NCBI GenBank assembly: GCA_016187225.1
Contig: JACPKC010000002.1
Coordinates: forward strand, 3,387 to 67,386
DNA from: Candidatus Berkelbacteria bacterium
GTDB taxonomy: Bacteria; Patescibacteriota; UBA1384; JACPKC01
Length of the DNA stretch: 64,000 nt
Direction of reading: 5' to 3'
Shown: positions 1 through 8,971 of the stretch, in pieces
Numbering within the stretch: the stretch's first letter is position 1
Layout of the letters: each line of letters starts with the position of its first letter
Position numbers and translations under genes: made by a program
The notes under the pieces: generated by a model
Seen by the model: the letters and a program-made list of their open reading frames with translations, nothing else
Databases searched by the model: none
What the model was told of the DNA's origin: nothing

Positions 1-408
1 CTGAAAATTTGCTAACACCTCGTTTTTTTGCTCGCTCACCGCAGGCGTCGATGGCGCCTTGTCGGCTTCAATCTCGATCAATTTGCGAGCATACGAAAAA
101 CTTGTGCCCGAACAAACGGCGAGTGAAAGCGCCATGCCTTGAGCGGCGCCAAATTCGTTCAAAAAACGCGACAGGTCAGGATTCTCCGGATTCGGCGTGG
201 CAAGTTTAAGATTTGCGCCAGCGCGCAAGTAAGGTATAAGGAGATACTTTGAAATTGATTCTTCGGGAATGACATGCAGGATAGTGCGAGAAAATGGGTA
301 GTCGACTAGATTTACATATTGTAAGCGCAGACGCTCGGCAAGCGCTTGCGCTTCGCGTTCCTCCTCATCGCGATTTACGTTTTGCACCATCGAACGCACA
401 TCAAACAT
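1..408 (-). CDS. Type II secretion / type IV pilus assembly ATPase (GspE/PilB family), N-terminal domain only; gene continues past the left window edge
   Basis: Reverse-strand translation from ATG at 408 gives MFDVRSMVQNVNRDEEEREAQALAERLRLQYVNLVDYPFSRTILHVIPEESISKYLLIPYLRAGANLKLATPNPENPDL..., the pattern of the T2SSE_N/MshEN domain (LxxPYVDL ... IP ... P). It does not appear in the ORF track because it is truncated by the window edge. Confidence 0.45.
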   Translation of the reverse strand, partial: MFDVRSMVQNVNRDEEEREAQALAERLRLQYVNLVDYPFSRTILHVIPEESISKYLLIPYLRAGANLKLATPNPENPDLSRFLNEFGAAQGMALSLAVCSGTSFSYARKLIEIEADKAPSTPAVSEQKNEVLANFQ

Positions 409-488
409 CAACCCTCCACTTCTCCACTTACTTTACCATACGGATTCGAGTATATTGCGAAATGAGTTCCATATCAAAAGGAGGAAGC

Positions 489-1178
489 ATGCCGGAGACA
501 ATGACTCCGTCGGAAGCGCAAGAAGCGGCGCCAGATGGGAAGAAGCCAATTGAAAATGCCCCTACTCATCCAGCGCTCGGTGGCAACGATAAGGCCAGAG
601 AATTAGCTCGAGATCTTGCAAGGGCGGCTGACGGAGAGACGCTTGTCGAGCCCACATTGCCCCCATTTAGTGGATTTGGAAAGCCCTCCACCAAAGAAGA
701 CCCATTGGCGCTTCATTTGCCTAAAAGTCCAGGCGAGGCAGGCGTTAGCGAAACAATTCAGCCTTTGGCGAACGATGGTGTTTTAAGCCCAGTCGATCTG
801 GCCAGTTTCCCCGCCCAACTTGCGCCTGTCGTTCAAGAACTTGTTGCCCTTATCCCGGATAATCTGCATCTTAAAATCGGTAGCTGGGAACAGCCGCAAG
901 CATCGGGCAAAGGTATCGAAGTTATTCCTTTCTTTGTTGAGAAGGATGGAAAGTTTGAAAAAATTGGCGAAGACCAGTTTCAGGCTCTAATCAGTAAGTT
1001 GTCGAATAAGGATAAAAATTCCATCACGCTTGCGCATAAAAACCTCGCGCAAGCCGCCCAGGAATATGTCAACTCGATGCAAATCTCGACGCGACCAGCG
1101 CCTGCCGAGAACAAGGGTGAATCAAAAGGAATTTTGGGTCAGGTTCGTTCTTGGTGGAATCGCCTACGAGGCAAGTGA
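489..1178 (+). CDS. hypothetical protein (acidic, Pro/Ala-rich N-terminus, no TM)
   Basis: ORF 294..1178. Start reassigned to the in-frame ATG at 489, preceded by AAAGGAGG 6 nt upstream. No recognisable motif. Confidence 0.5.
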   Translation: MPETMTPSEAQEAAPDGKKPIENAPTHPALGGNDKARELARDLARAADGETLVEPTLPPFSGFGKPSTKEDPLALHLPKSPGEAGVSETIQPLANDGVLSPVDLASFPAQLAPVVQELVALIPDNLHLKIGSWEQPQASGKGIEVIPFFVEKDGKFEKIGEDQFQALISKLSNKDKNSITLAHKNLAQAAQEYVNSMQISTRPAPAENKGESKGILGQVRSWWNRLRGK

Positions 1179-1274
1179 GAAAAAATCTGGTTCAGATTGA
1201 CATTTCCCTCCTGATATGATACAAATTTTTGTCCTTTAAGCAAGGGCGAAAATTTTTTATTGGAGGGTTTTACA

Positions 1275-2204
1275 ATGAGATACTTTTTTCGCGAGCCGTT
1301 TTGGGTGATCGTAATGGCCATCTTTCTCGTGGGGCAGGCGAAGGCGTATACATCGCTCTACAGTCCGGCAGATTACCTTCTGCCGATCGTCGTCGAACGC
1401 CCGGAGCAAAGCGGGAGCCGGTCGGTGAATGAAAAGAAGCTCCAGGAGGGCATCGAGCGACGAGTCAGGGCGAACGGCTGGCCGTACGAGGAAGAGCCGC
1501 GTGCGTTTTACGCTTTCAAAATTTCGTATGAAATTTTGGCCGAGGGCGATGAGTCGCGGCGGCGATCTTCAACCTTTCGTTATCAGGTGCCGGAGTTTTA
1601 TTCAACCTGGGATCGGAAGGGTAAGATGCGAACTCATGTTCGCACGCGCACCGTCTCGAGCACGCAACGCGACTCCCAACACCTCAAGGGTTACACCTTC
1701 GAGGTGAATGGTCGAGTGATCGATCAGGATGGGAGAACGATTCTTGAAGCCTGGCGGAGCGTGCCTTGGGTTGTGCGCCCACGGGCGTCGAATTCGAGCT
1801 CCTACCGCGGAATAGGTGGGAGCGAGTCGAGTAGCGTCACGCGCCGCGCCAACTCAGACGCGATCGAGTCCCATCAGCTCGACAGAGCGATGGACGATCT
1901 CATGGGCGATCTGACCGCCCAACTCACTCGCAAGGTTGCCGCGGGTGAGATTGCGAGAGTGTCTCGCGTATCGCGGGGCGGGCCATCGGGGCGAGAAGGT
2001 GTAGTACCGGAAAGTATCCGGTGCTCCTCGGAAGCAGTGGTGCTTCTCGAGGCCTGCCCAGAAACGGCTGAGAAGATTCGTGCCATCCTTGTGCGCGGCA
2101 ACCAACCGCGCTTCACGCGAGCGCAAACCGGCGAGCGGTTTTGGGTGTTACGCGAGGCTCAAAACGAGCCTCGCGGCACCTTTGAAATGGTGCGCATAAA
2201 GTAG
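1275..2204 (+). CDS. hypothetical secreted protein (signal peptide, Arg-rich, higher GC than neighbours)
   Basis: ORF 1260..2204. ATG at 1275 after GGAGGG. N-terminus MRYFFREPFWVIVMAIFLVGQAKA is a signal peptide. Followed by a terminator hairpin. Confidence 0.5.
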   Translation: MRYFFREPFWVIVMAIFLVGQAKAYTSLYSPADYLLPIVVERPEQSGSRSVNEKKLQEGIERRVRANGWPYEEEPRAFYAFKISYEILAEGDESRRRSSTFRYQVPEFYSTWDRKGKMRTHVRTRTVSSTQRDSQHLKGYTFEVNGRVIDQDGRTILEAWRSVPWVVRPRASNSSSYRGIGGSESSSVTRRANSDAIESHQLDRAMDDLMGDLTAQLTRKVAAGEIARVSRVSRGGPSGREGVVPESIRCSSEAVVLLEACPETAEKIRAILVRGNQPRFTRAQTGERFWVLREAQNEPRGTFEMVRIK

Positions 2205-2209
2205 CAAGT

Positions 2210-2258
2210 AGCTTTTTTATCGGCCTGTCAGCGTGTGTCTGTAGGCCGGTTTTTTATT
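2210..2258. terminator. bidirectional rho-independent terminator between convergent genes
   Basis: CGGCCTGTCAGCGTGTGTCTGTAGGCCG hairpin (2221-2248) flanked by AGCTTTTTTAT upstream and GTTTTTTATT downstream. Confidence 0.5.
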
Positions 2259-3474
2259 CTGGAACGAAAACAGTCCAGACGCGGCCATTGTCGTCCGGCA
2301 CCGCATCTTGATAAAGCTCTTCACCCGTACTGGCATTTTTGATCGTAACCGGCAGATCCGGTGGTAATTGAAGTGTAGCCGTGCCACTGCTATTCGTTAT
2401 CACTTCATCGATTTTTTGCCCGCCAGTATAGATTTCAAGGAGTTGATTAGGTTCAGTTTGATTCGTGTTTTTATTATTAGTAGTGATTAGCGTTAGACTC
2501 ACTGTCTGGCGCGTGTGATCAAGTGTCACCTTACTTTCCTTGCCTTCTTCAACAAAGGCGGGACTAATAAGATTACCCTCTTCGTCGTAGATATCGACCT
2601 CGCCGGGTGCGACTTCCTCAACCGTGTCTTGTCCATTGGAGTCGGTGATGACTTCGTGAACAACGTCGGACTTGCGTTCCTTAACGCGCAATTTTACAGC
2701 CGGCGCCCCACTCTTGAGTTGAATCTTAACTTTTCCCGCCTTAATACTGGGCGTTGCCCCGCCGCCGCCAACACTGACTTGATTCCCGCCAGGGCTTAAA
2801 TCGACGTTGGAGCTCCCGGGTGAGATCGAAGGTGTAATATCGGGCGCGTTGAAAGTGGTATCGGCGACGCCTAGAACCTGGAGAATATAAATTCCGATTG
2901 GCCACGCGAGAACAACGAGAGCAATGCCAATGACCGATTCAGTCAGCATGCTTTTTGCGGCCTTGCTTTGCGTGTCGTCGCCGGCGGCTGTGAGATAGCG
3001 AATCCCGCTTCCCAAAAAAAGAATCATAAAAATTACCGTGGCGGCGATTACGACCAGATTCCAGATTTTTGGAAAAGACGTACCGATATCATGGAAAATT
3101 GGGGGCAAGCTTTCGGGCGGTTCGAGGGCGAGCCCGACATTACCTTCTTGGCCAGTTTGTGTTGCCCCGCCCCCAGCGCTTTCACCGGAAAGTTTTTGCA
3201 TTATATTACCTAGAGTACCCTTTACGCCTTCTACCGCATCATTAATCCCTTTACCAGTGTTTTTAGGTATTTGCCCAAGTGATTTTAAGCTATCGTTAAT
3301 TGATTCCAAGATGGCGCTAGAGCCATCTTTAGCGTCAGCGGGTTCTGTTTTTCCAGCCGCACCACTTTCCCCCCCGGGGTCATCTCCAGCCTGGACTGTC
3401 GATATCGAGAATATCGGGGAAAATACAAAAACAAAGAAGAGTAAGCAATAATAAATAAAACAATAACTCTTCAC
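2254..3474 (-). CDS. secreted protein with long Gly/Ser-rich ectodomain and C-terminal two-helix VirB2/TrbC-pilin-like hairpin (paralog 1 of array)
   Basis: Signal peptide MKSYCFIYYCLLFFVFVFSPIFSISTVQA. Hairpin IWNLVVIAATVIFMILFLGSGIRYLTAAGDDTQSKAAKSMLTESVIGIALVVLAWPIGIYIL shares the motif YLxxAG(D/N)xxxxKxAK...aw..G with five downstream paralogs. Confidence 0.55.
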   Translation of the reverse strand: MKSYCFIYYCLLFFVFVFSPIFSISTVQAGDDPGGESGAAGKTEPADAKDGSSAILESINDSLKSLGQIPKNTGKGINDAVEGVKGTLGNIMQKLSGESAGGGATQTGQEGNVGLALEPPESLPPIFHDIGTSFPKIWNLVVIAATVIFMILFLGSGIRYLTAAGDDTQSKAAKSMLTESVIGIALVVLAWPIGIYILQVLGVADTTFNAPDITPSISPGSSNVDLSPGGNQVSVGGGGATPSIKAGKVKIQLKSGAPAVKLRVKERKSDVVHEVITDSNGQDTVEEVAPGEVDIYDEEGNLISPAFVEEGKESKVTLDHTRQTVSLTLITTNNKNTNQTEPNQLLEIYTGGQKIDEVITNSSGTATLQLPPDLPVTIKNASTGEELYQDAVPDDNGRVWTVFVPE

Positions 3475-3499
3475 GTTTTACCCCTCGCTCGTAACCAAT

Positions 3500-3895
3500 T
3501 TACTCAACCGTTGTGGGGATGCTGTCGCTTGTCACGCCTTCGATTCCCAAGAGACGCAGAACATAGGTGCCAACTGCCCAGGCGGTTACCACGAGCACCA
3601 AGCCAACCACGGCGTCGAGCATGAGCGCCCGCGCTTTTTTCACCTGCTCTTCATTGCCGGAAGAGGCAAGATACATAATGCCGCCAACCAGAAAAAGAAT
3701 TACAAACACCACGCCCGCTACGATGATGGCGATATCGAAGATGGATTCGATTGTGCCTTCAAAAGTCGTGAATTTATTCGGAATTTTATCGGGTTGTTCG
3801 ATCGTTTGCCCAAAGGCAACCGCCGGCATGGCCCAGCTCGAAACAGCTAAAATCTTGACTAAACTTTCCCTCTGTCGCATTAACCAGACTGTCAT
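3500..3895 (-). CDS. VirB2/TrbC-pilin-like small membrane protein (paralog 2)
   Basis: 131 aa: signal peptide, then IAIIVAGVVFVILFLVGGIMYLASSGNEEQVKKARALMLDAVVGLVLVVTAWAVGTYVL (TM-loop-TM). Confidence 0.6.
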   Translation of the reverse strand: MTVWLMRQRESLVKILAVSSWAMPAVAFGQTIEQPDKIPNKFTTFEGTIESIFDIAIIVAGVVFVILFLVGGIMYLASSGNEEQVKKARALMLDAVVGLVLVVTAWAVGTYVLRLLGIEGVTSDSIPTTVE

Positions 3896-3922
3896 AAATC
3901 CTCCTTTGATAAATATATATAT

Positions 3923-4244
3923 TTAGCCGCCGATATCGATTGAACCAATCCCAAGCAAACCCAAAACGTAGTTGCCCACGGCCCACGCAATCACAATAAT
4001 CACCATCCCGATCACGGCATCAATTAAAAGCTGTTTGGCTTTTTTAGTTTGTTCATCGTTACCCGCATTAGTTAAGTACATTATCTGGCGGATCAATATT
4101 TTGCAAAACTTGCCCGCCACCGCTGGCGCTTTCGCCTGTCGACTTCACACTTGGCGCGCCTGGCGCAGTCTTAGCCGCTTTCGCCAAAACGAGTGACGGC
4201 GCAAGAAACACAATTAATGAAATTAAGGAAATAAATTTTCGCAT
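3923..4244 (-). pseudogene. frameshifted or truncated copy of the paralog at 5976..6605 (signal-peptide ORF and C-terminal pilin-like ORF in different frames)
   Basis: Reverse ATG at 4244 encodes signal peptide MRKFISLISLIVFLAPSLVLAKAAKT... and stops after 59 codons. In another frame, 3923..4120 encodes MYLTNAGNDEQTKKAKQLLIDAVIGMVIIVIAWAVGNYVLGLLGI, identical to the C-terminus of the 5976..6605 product. Confidence 0.5.
3943..4083. repeat. about 140-bp segment identical to 5991..6130 (pilin-paralog C-terminal module)
   Basis: Direct string match AACCAATCCCAAGCAAACCCAAAACGTAGTTGCCCACGGCCCACGCAATCACAATAATCACCATCCCGATCACGGCATCAATTAAAAGCTGTTTGGC...GTTAAGTACATTA present at both loci. Confidence 0.85.
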
Positions 4245-4259
4245 AGCCCTCCAGCCTAT

Positions 4260-4580
4260 TTATTGAATGCCCAGATCAAGTTTGCCCGCCTCGCCAATGC
4301 CGAGGAGTTGCAAGATATATGTGCCTATCGCCCAGGCAATCACGACAATAATCAAACCCACGATCGCATCCACCAACAGTTTTTTGGCTTTATTCGTGTT
4401 TTCCTCGTTGCCGGCGGCCACAAGATACTGAATGCCGCCAATTAAAAAAAGCAGAACGAAAATCACCCCGGCCAAAGTGATGCCGATGTTAAAAAAAGCG
4501 CTGATCGCGTCCGAGATATTGGTAAATTCCGTGCCACGTAATTTATTTGGCGTATCGACGCTTTGGGCGAGTTGAATCAT
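4260..4580 (-). CDS. VirB2/TrbC-pilin-like small membrane protein (paralog 3, no obvious signal peptide)
   Basis: 106 aa: ITLAGVIFVLLFLIGGIQYLVAAGNEENTNKAKKLLVDAIVGLIIVVIAWAIGTYIL. Confidence 0.6.
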   Translation of the reverse strand: MIQLAQSVDTPNKLRGTEFTNISDAISAFFNIGITLAGVIFVLLFLIGGIQYLVAAGNEENTNKAKKLLVDAIVGLIIVVIAWAIGTYILQLLGIGEAGKLDLGIQ

Positions 4581-4670
4581 TTTTCTTGCCTCTATAAGTT
4601 TATAATGCCACTATACCATACTCGTTTCGTCGAGCGTATTTCTCCACAGAGGTGGTGAATTGCCAGTGTC

Positions 4671-5117
4671 CTAGGGTTCCAACTTAATCGCGTCCGGCAG
4701 TATGAACGAGGCGGCGAGAAATTTGAGAAACATATAGGAGCCAAAGACCACGCCGATACCGAGTAAAGTATATAAGATGCCCATTTTAGCCGCTTGTGCT
4801 TGAGTGGCGTTTCCACTCGAGGTAACAAGCTTGTAGCCATTTAAGATCAGAAAAATCAGGGCGATTGCCAGAACAAACCTAATCATTGCGTTCGCGATCG
4901 CTTTCAAAAATATCATAATATTTTCAAAGGTTTGTTCTTTTGGGTCGCTAACAATGCTCCAGTCGATACCAAAAAGATTTTGATCAGCGGCGTGCGTAAG
5001 TTGAGGAATGAGAAAAACGGCAAAAAGAAAAATTAAGCCTATCAAGAAGGTTTTTGACTGAACACGTTTTACCAGTTGGTAGGTTTTGGTTCGCAATGAC
5101 ATTTTTTCCTCACTCAA
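4671..5117 (-). CDS. VirB2/TrbC-pilin-like membrane protein (paralog 4, divergent)
   Basis: 148 aa. Signal peptide ends ...LTHA. Two C-terminal helices around TSSGNATQAQAAKM. Confidence 0.5.
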   Translation of the reverse strand: MSEEKMSLRTKTYQLVKRVQSKTFLIGLIFLFAVFLIPQLTHAADQNLFGIDWSIVSDPKEQTFENIMIFLKAIANAMIRFVLAIALIFLILNGYKLVTSSGNATQAQAAKMGILYTLLGIGVVFGSYMFLKFLAASFILPDAIKLEP

Positions 5118-5979
5118 TAAAGCGTTTTAAGACTTCGAGAATACCATAAGCGGTGAGCACAACGACGGCGCCCATAATTGCAAACAACATGCCGTTTTTA
5201 GCTTCTTTAGTCGCATCGGTATCGCCAGCGCCCAAAAGATAGCGGAAAGCATTTATCATAAAGAAAACCAGCGTTACCAGGCCAAGAAGAATGATCAAGA
5301 TGTTGGGGATGCTCGAAGTGACTAGGGTTTCAATCGAATCGACGTTTAAAACACTTTTCAAATCTATCTCGCTGATTGGCGTGATAACTACCTTCGGGCT
5401 GGGTGGAAGAGTTGTGCCCTTACTGCTCCCGCCCAGGCCGCCGTTTCTGCTACTACCTCCGCCGCCCCCACTCCCACCACTTCCTCCATCAGCCCCCCCG
5501 CCAGTCCACGGAAACTGCCAGCCGTTACCAGACCCGCCATCAATCCCATTATTAAGATCTGATTCCGTAAACAGATCATCATTTGGACCATCGTCAAACC
5601 ACCAGCGGCTATAATCATCATCTGTCATTTCCCAATCATTGTCGCCATCGTTGCTTCCTACGCCGCTCTCGCTCCCAGATCCGCCATCAATTCCATATTC
5701 AAAAGGCAATCTTACGTTGTCATCATTGCCCGTGTACCAGCTGTTATCTTGATTCGGAACATCGTCAAACCATGAGCGATTATCATCTTGATCGGCAGAA
5801 GAAAATCCACCACTATTGTCCTCATTATATGGCAAGTACCAGCCGTTATATGGGTTAAATGAAGCTTGAATTGGAAAGCGAATGTTGGAATAGACAAATG
5901 CGCTTACTCCAACCAAGCCAGTCAAGCCGAGGATGAATAGTCGAAGCTTAATTTTTTTATTGAGAGAGAATTTTTTCAT
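5110..5979 (-). CDS. secreted protein with Asp/Trp/Gly-rich low-complexity ectodomain and C-terminal pilin-like hairpin (paralog 5)
   Basis: Signal peptide MKKFSLNKKIKLRLFILGLTGLVGVSAFVYS. Repeats of the type WFDDxPN..W and a (GGS)n run. C-terminus FRYLLGAGDTDATKEAKNGMLFAIMGAVVVLTAYGIL. Confidence 0.6.
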   Translation of the reverse strand: MKKFSLNKKIKLRLFILGLTGLVGVSAFVYSNIRFPIQASFNPYNGWYLPYNEDNSGGFSSADQDDNRSWFDDVPNQDNSWYTGNDDNVRLPFEYGIDGGSGSESGVGSNDGDNDWEMTDDDYSRWWFDDGPNDDLFTESDLNNGIDGGSGNGWQFPWTGGGADGGSGGSGGGGGSSRNGGLGGSSKGTTLPPSPKVVITPISEIDLKSVLNVDSIETLVTSSIPNILIILLGLVTLVFFMINAFRYLLGAGDTDATKEAKNGMLFAIMGAVVVLTAYGILEVLKRFIE

Positions 5980-6605
5980 AAACTAATTAAACCAATCCCA
6001 AGCAAACCCAAAACGTAGTTGCCCACGGCCCACGCAATCACAATAATCACCATCCCGATCACGGCATCAATTAAAAGCTGTTTGGCTTTTTTAGTTTGTT
6101 CATCGTTACCCGCATTAGTTAAGTACATTACGCTTTGAAAACTGGAACCTAGATCTGGCGCACCAATTTGAAGGATTGCGTTCCCACCAGTGCCACTTGT
6201 TCCACCACCATTGCTACCACCATTTGAATTTGCGCCGCCACTCGCGGCTTTATTAGGTGATCCACCTGACGAGGAACCGTTTTGAGCTAAAAGCCCTCCT
6301 TGCTGACGAATTTCATCAAGGCCTGGCGCCGGGTCTACGTCATCGGGGCGGCTAAGTGGCCTAAGTTCATTCCTACCGAGCGAGGTGTTGGTAAGACCCC
6401 CGTTAAATTCGGCGTCAATTTTATCTTGCGCATCCCCGCCCTCACTAATCATTCCACCATCAACCCAAGCTGGGGATTGAACTGGATCAGCTGAAGCGGT
6501 AAAACTAATTTTAGAGTAAGCAAAGGCGCTGGCGCTGATTAGACCCGTCAGTCCGAGGGCAAAAAGTCGAAGCTTAATTTTTTTGTTGAGATAAATTTTT
6601 TTCAT
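5976..6605 (-). CDS. secreted protein with Gly/Ser/Asn-rich ectodomain and C-terminal pilin-like hairpin (paralog 6)
   Basis: Signal peptide MKKIYLNKKIKLRLFALGLTGLISASAFAYS is nearly identical to that of paralog 5. C-terminus MYLTNAGNDEQTKKAKQLLIDAVIGMVIIVIAWAVGNYVL. A 4-nt overlap with the upstream gene start suggests translational coupling. Confidence 0.6.
   Translation of the reverse strand: MKKIYLNKKIKLRLFALGLTGLISASAFAYSKISFTASADPVQSPAWVDGGMISEGGDAQDKIDAEFNGGLTNTSLGRNELRPLSRPDDVDPAPGLDEIRQQGGLLAQNGSSSGGSPNKAASGGANSNGGSNGGGTSGTGGNAILQIGAPDLGSSFQSVMYLTNAGNDEQTKKAKQLLIDAVIGMVIIVIAWAVGNYVLGLLGIGLISL
5991..6130. repeat. second copy of the about 140-bp identical segment (see 3943..4083)
   Basis: Direct string match. 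Confidence 0.85.
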
Positions 6606-6651
6606 ATCAAAGATTGTTGTATCGTTTTGTCTCCTCGCGATAATAAATCAC

Positions 6652-8052
6652 TCACTCACCCTGTAAAATGGCAGAAATTTTTTGAGCCGCTTCTTCAATG
6701 GCATTTTGTGGCGCCTGACTCTTGGTGCCCACGCGTTGAATTAAGTCGCGGAAAATTGTGTCAACTTTGTCGGGACGTTTCGTTTTATACCAACTCTTTG
6801 CCGTCTGTTGCTGATATGCAAACGGATTACCGCTCTCGCCTCGATCTAAAACGGTGGGCGGTTCTTCTTCGGGTTTAGGATCAGGCCGTTTTGTTGCCGA
6901 ACGATAAGGATTACCGCGCTCAATCACCAAATTTTTTAACACCTCCCAGGCTAGAGTGGGATTTTTGGTATTTTTTGTGACCGTTTCAATATAGTACGAA
7001 GCATAGTCGACCGGCGTATCGATGTCGCGCACCTGCGGCAGAGGTATGGATGAATATTTGAGTGTCGGCGCGAGCTGGTTAAAGATTAGTTCGTAGTATT
7101 GAAAGCCAAAAATCATCGCCGCCTTGCCTTCAATAAAAGCCTGAACATCGCCTGGCATAGAGGTGTTCCAGGAATAGTAAGATTTGGCTGGATCGGCAAA
7201 ACCGGTAAAGCGTTCTAATGCCTCTGTGCCCTTGAAAACAGTTTGGCCAACGGCATTTTTAACGCCTAAATGAAAGCTTGCGTTGGTGTGCTCGGGCGAA
7301 ACCATCTCGGCGCCGTTTTGGAGCATGAGCGCGTAGACAACGTCTTCGGCGCGCGAAATGTTGTTGGCGGTGCCGGCGGCGAGACCAGAGACGCTAATAC
7401 TCCCATCGGGATTTTTTTCAGTGAGAAGTTCAACCGCGCGCTGGAGCTTGTCGTAGGTATTGAGCGGATCGCGGAGCAAGTCAGCCTCTTCATCGCGGTC
7501 GACATCTTCGAGTTCAGAGATTTTTTTGTTGAAAACGGCGGTGTTTTTCCAGATGCCGAGGGTGTCAACATAGTAAGGCAAGCCATAAATGCTTCCATCG
7601 TACACCACATCTTGCGTAACGACCGGGGCAAACAGGGCTTTGAGGGCATCTTCATCGGTTTGATTGCTGTTTTTACCGAGGAGACCATTGGGCATCGGGA
7701 CGAGTTTATTCTTGTGTCGCGGAAGCCAATCGTTACGGATCGACCAAATATCCGGCCCCTCGCCCGCGGCGAGCGCTTCAGCGGTAGTCAGTTCGAACTC
7801 GCTCGCGCTCATGAGTGTGTATTCAAGTGTGATCGCGGGATTGTCGCGCTCGAACTCCTCGATAATCGGTTCAAAAACCTCGGCGCTATCAAAGGTGCGC
7901 CAGATCTTGAGCGTGACTGGTTCGGTTTGGCCAGCGATGCCGCTACTTTGACTGCTTGAAGATTTCCGGCCGATACAGCCAGTTAAGAGTATTGGAATCA
8001 AGGCAAGCGCTAAAGCTCGCCCAAACCATTTAATTGGAGTTTTCTGACTCAC
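6652..8052 (-). CDS. ABC-transporter-type extracellular solute-binding lipoprotein (sugar-binding family 1-like)
   Basis: Lipobox LLTGC after MSQKTPIKWFGRALALALIPI. Body KIWRTFDSAEVFEPIIEEFERDNPAITLEY...GLPYYVDTLGIWKN is typical of SBP_bac_1 proteins. No permease gene adjacent. Confidence 0.65.
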   Translation of the reverse strand: MSQKTPIKWFGRALALALIPILLTGCIGRKSSSSQSSGIAGQTEPVTLKIWRTFDSAEVFEPIIEEFERDNPAITLEYTLMSASEFELTTAEALAAGEGPDIWSIRNDWLPRHKNKLVPMPNGLLGKNSNQTDEDALKALFAPVVTQDVVYDGSIYGLPYYVDTLGIWKNTAVFNKKISELEDVDRDEEADLLRDPLNTYDKLQRAVELLTEKNPDGSISVSGLAAGTANNISRAEDVVYALMLQNGAEMVSPEHTNASFHLGVKNAVGQTVFKGTEALERFTGFADPAKSYYSWNTSMPGDVQAFIEGKAAMIFGFQYYELIFNQLAPTLKYSSIPLPQVRDIDTPVDYASYYIETVTKNTKNPTLAWEVLKNLVIERGNPYRSATKRPDPKPEEEPPTVLDRGESGNPFAYQQQTAKSWYKTKRPDKVDTIFRDLIQRVGTKSQAPQNAIEEAAQKISAILQGE

Positions 8053-8080
8053 TTCCCCTCCGTATTTACATTACATTGTA

Positions 8081-8959
8081 TCACGCGCGCAGAACTTTAA
8101 TGAGAAACTCACGAAACTCTGCTTTGAGATCTTCGCGTTTGAGAGCGAATTCAACAACGGTTTTCAGGTACTCCAATTTATTGCCGGTGTCATAGTAGCG
8201 GCCGCCGGCGATCTCTCGAACATAAGCTTTCCGTTTTTTACTCAAAGCATCGATCGCATTGGCAAGAAAAATCTCGTTGCCGTGACCGGGGCGGGTGTGC
8301 TCAAGCTCAGTAAAAATGTCCGGCGTTAGCACATAACAACCATCGGCTAAAAGATCAGAAGGCGCTTCATTGGGCAACGGTTTTTCGACCAAACGATTCA
8401 AGATTGAAGTGTGCGGCGTTCTGGTTGGAGTGATGTCAAAAATTCCATAGCGGCTGGCATCCTCTTCTCGGGCAAGTTTGACGCCTGACAGAACCGGCTC
8501 GCCGAACTCTTGAAATGTTTCCAAGCACTGTTTCAGCCTTGGAGTTTCCGCCCAGGTAAATTGATCACCCCAAAGAACGGCAAACGGTTCGTCGCCAATC
8601 ACATGTCGAGCGTTCAAAACCGGTGTGCCGTTGCCGTAAGGACCTTTTTGGCGAATGTAGACAAAATTAGCCATCTCGGCGATTCGGCGCACCTCTTCGA
8701 TTTGGCTCTGTTTCTCGGCTGCTTCGAGACGTTTTTCCAGCTCGAATGGATAATCGAAGTGATCTTCAATCGAGCGTTTATGCCAGCCAGTGACGATAAT
8801 AATGTCTTCGATGCCCGAGGCGACAGCCTCTTCCACGACATATTGAATGACTGGTTTATCAACAACCGGAAGCATCTCTTTTGGCATTGCCTTGGTGGCG
8901 GGTAAAAAACGAGTTCCAAATCCTGCCGCCGGAATGACGGCTTTGCGAACCTTGGCCAT
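8081..8959 (-). CDS. galU: UTP--glucose-1-phosphate uridylyltransferase
   Basis: MAKVRKAVIPAAGFGTRFLPATKAMPKEMLPVVDKPVIQYVVEEAVASGIEDIIIVTG is the canonical GalU N-terminus. Length 292 aa. Confidence 0.9.
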   Translation of the reverse strand: MAKVRKAVIPAAGFGTRFLPATKAMPKEMLPVVDKPVIQYVVEEAVASGIEDIIIVTGWHKRSIEDHFDYPFELEKRLEAAEKQSQIEEVRRIAEMANFVYIRQKGPYGNGTPVLNARHVIGDEPFAVLWGDQFTWAETPRLKQCLETFQEFGEPVLSGVKLAREEDASRYGIFDITPTRTPHTSILNRLVEKPLPNEAPSDLLADGCYVLTPDIFTELEHTRPGHGNEIFLANAIDALSKKRKAYVREIAGGRYYDTGNKLEYLKTVVEFALKREDLKAEFREFLIKVLRA

Positions 8960-8971
8960 AACACCTCTTCA

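Noticed and set aside
9-209. 66-aa plus-strand ORF at the left edge
   Set aside because: Antisense to the GspE/PilB-like N-domain coding sequence, which has a much more protein-like translation.
7270-7959. 229-aa plus-strand ORF inside the solute-binding-protein gene
   Set aside because: Entirely antisense to a well-supported CDS, Ala/Gly/Arg-rich translation typical of shadow ORFs in GC-biased frames. Same reasoning applies to 2515..2799, 3038..3451, 5291..5614, 29016..29480, 35107..35811, 45728..46021 and other antisense ORFs in the track.
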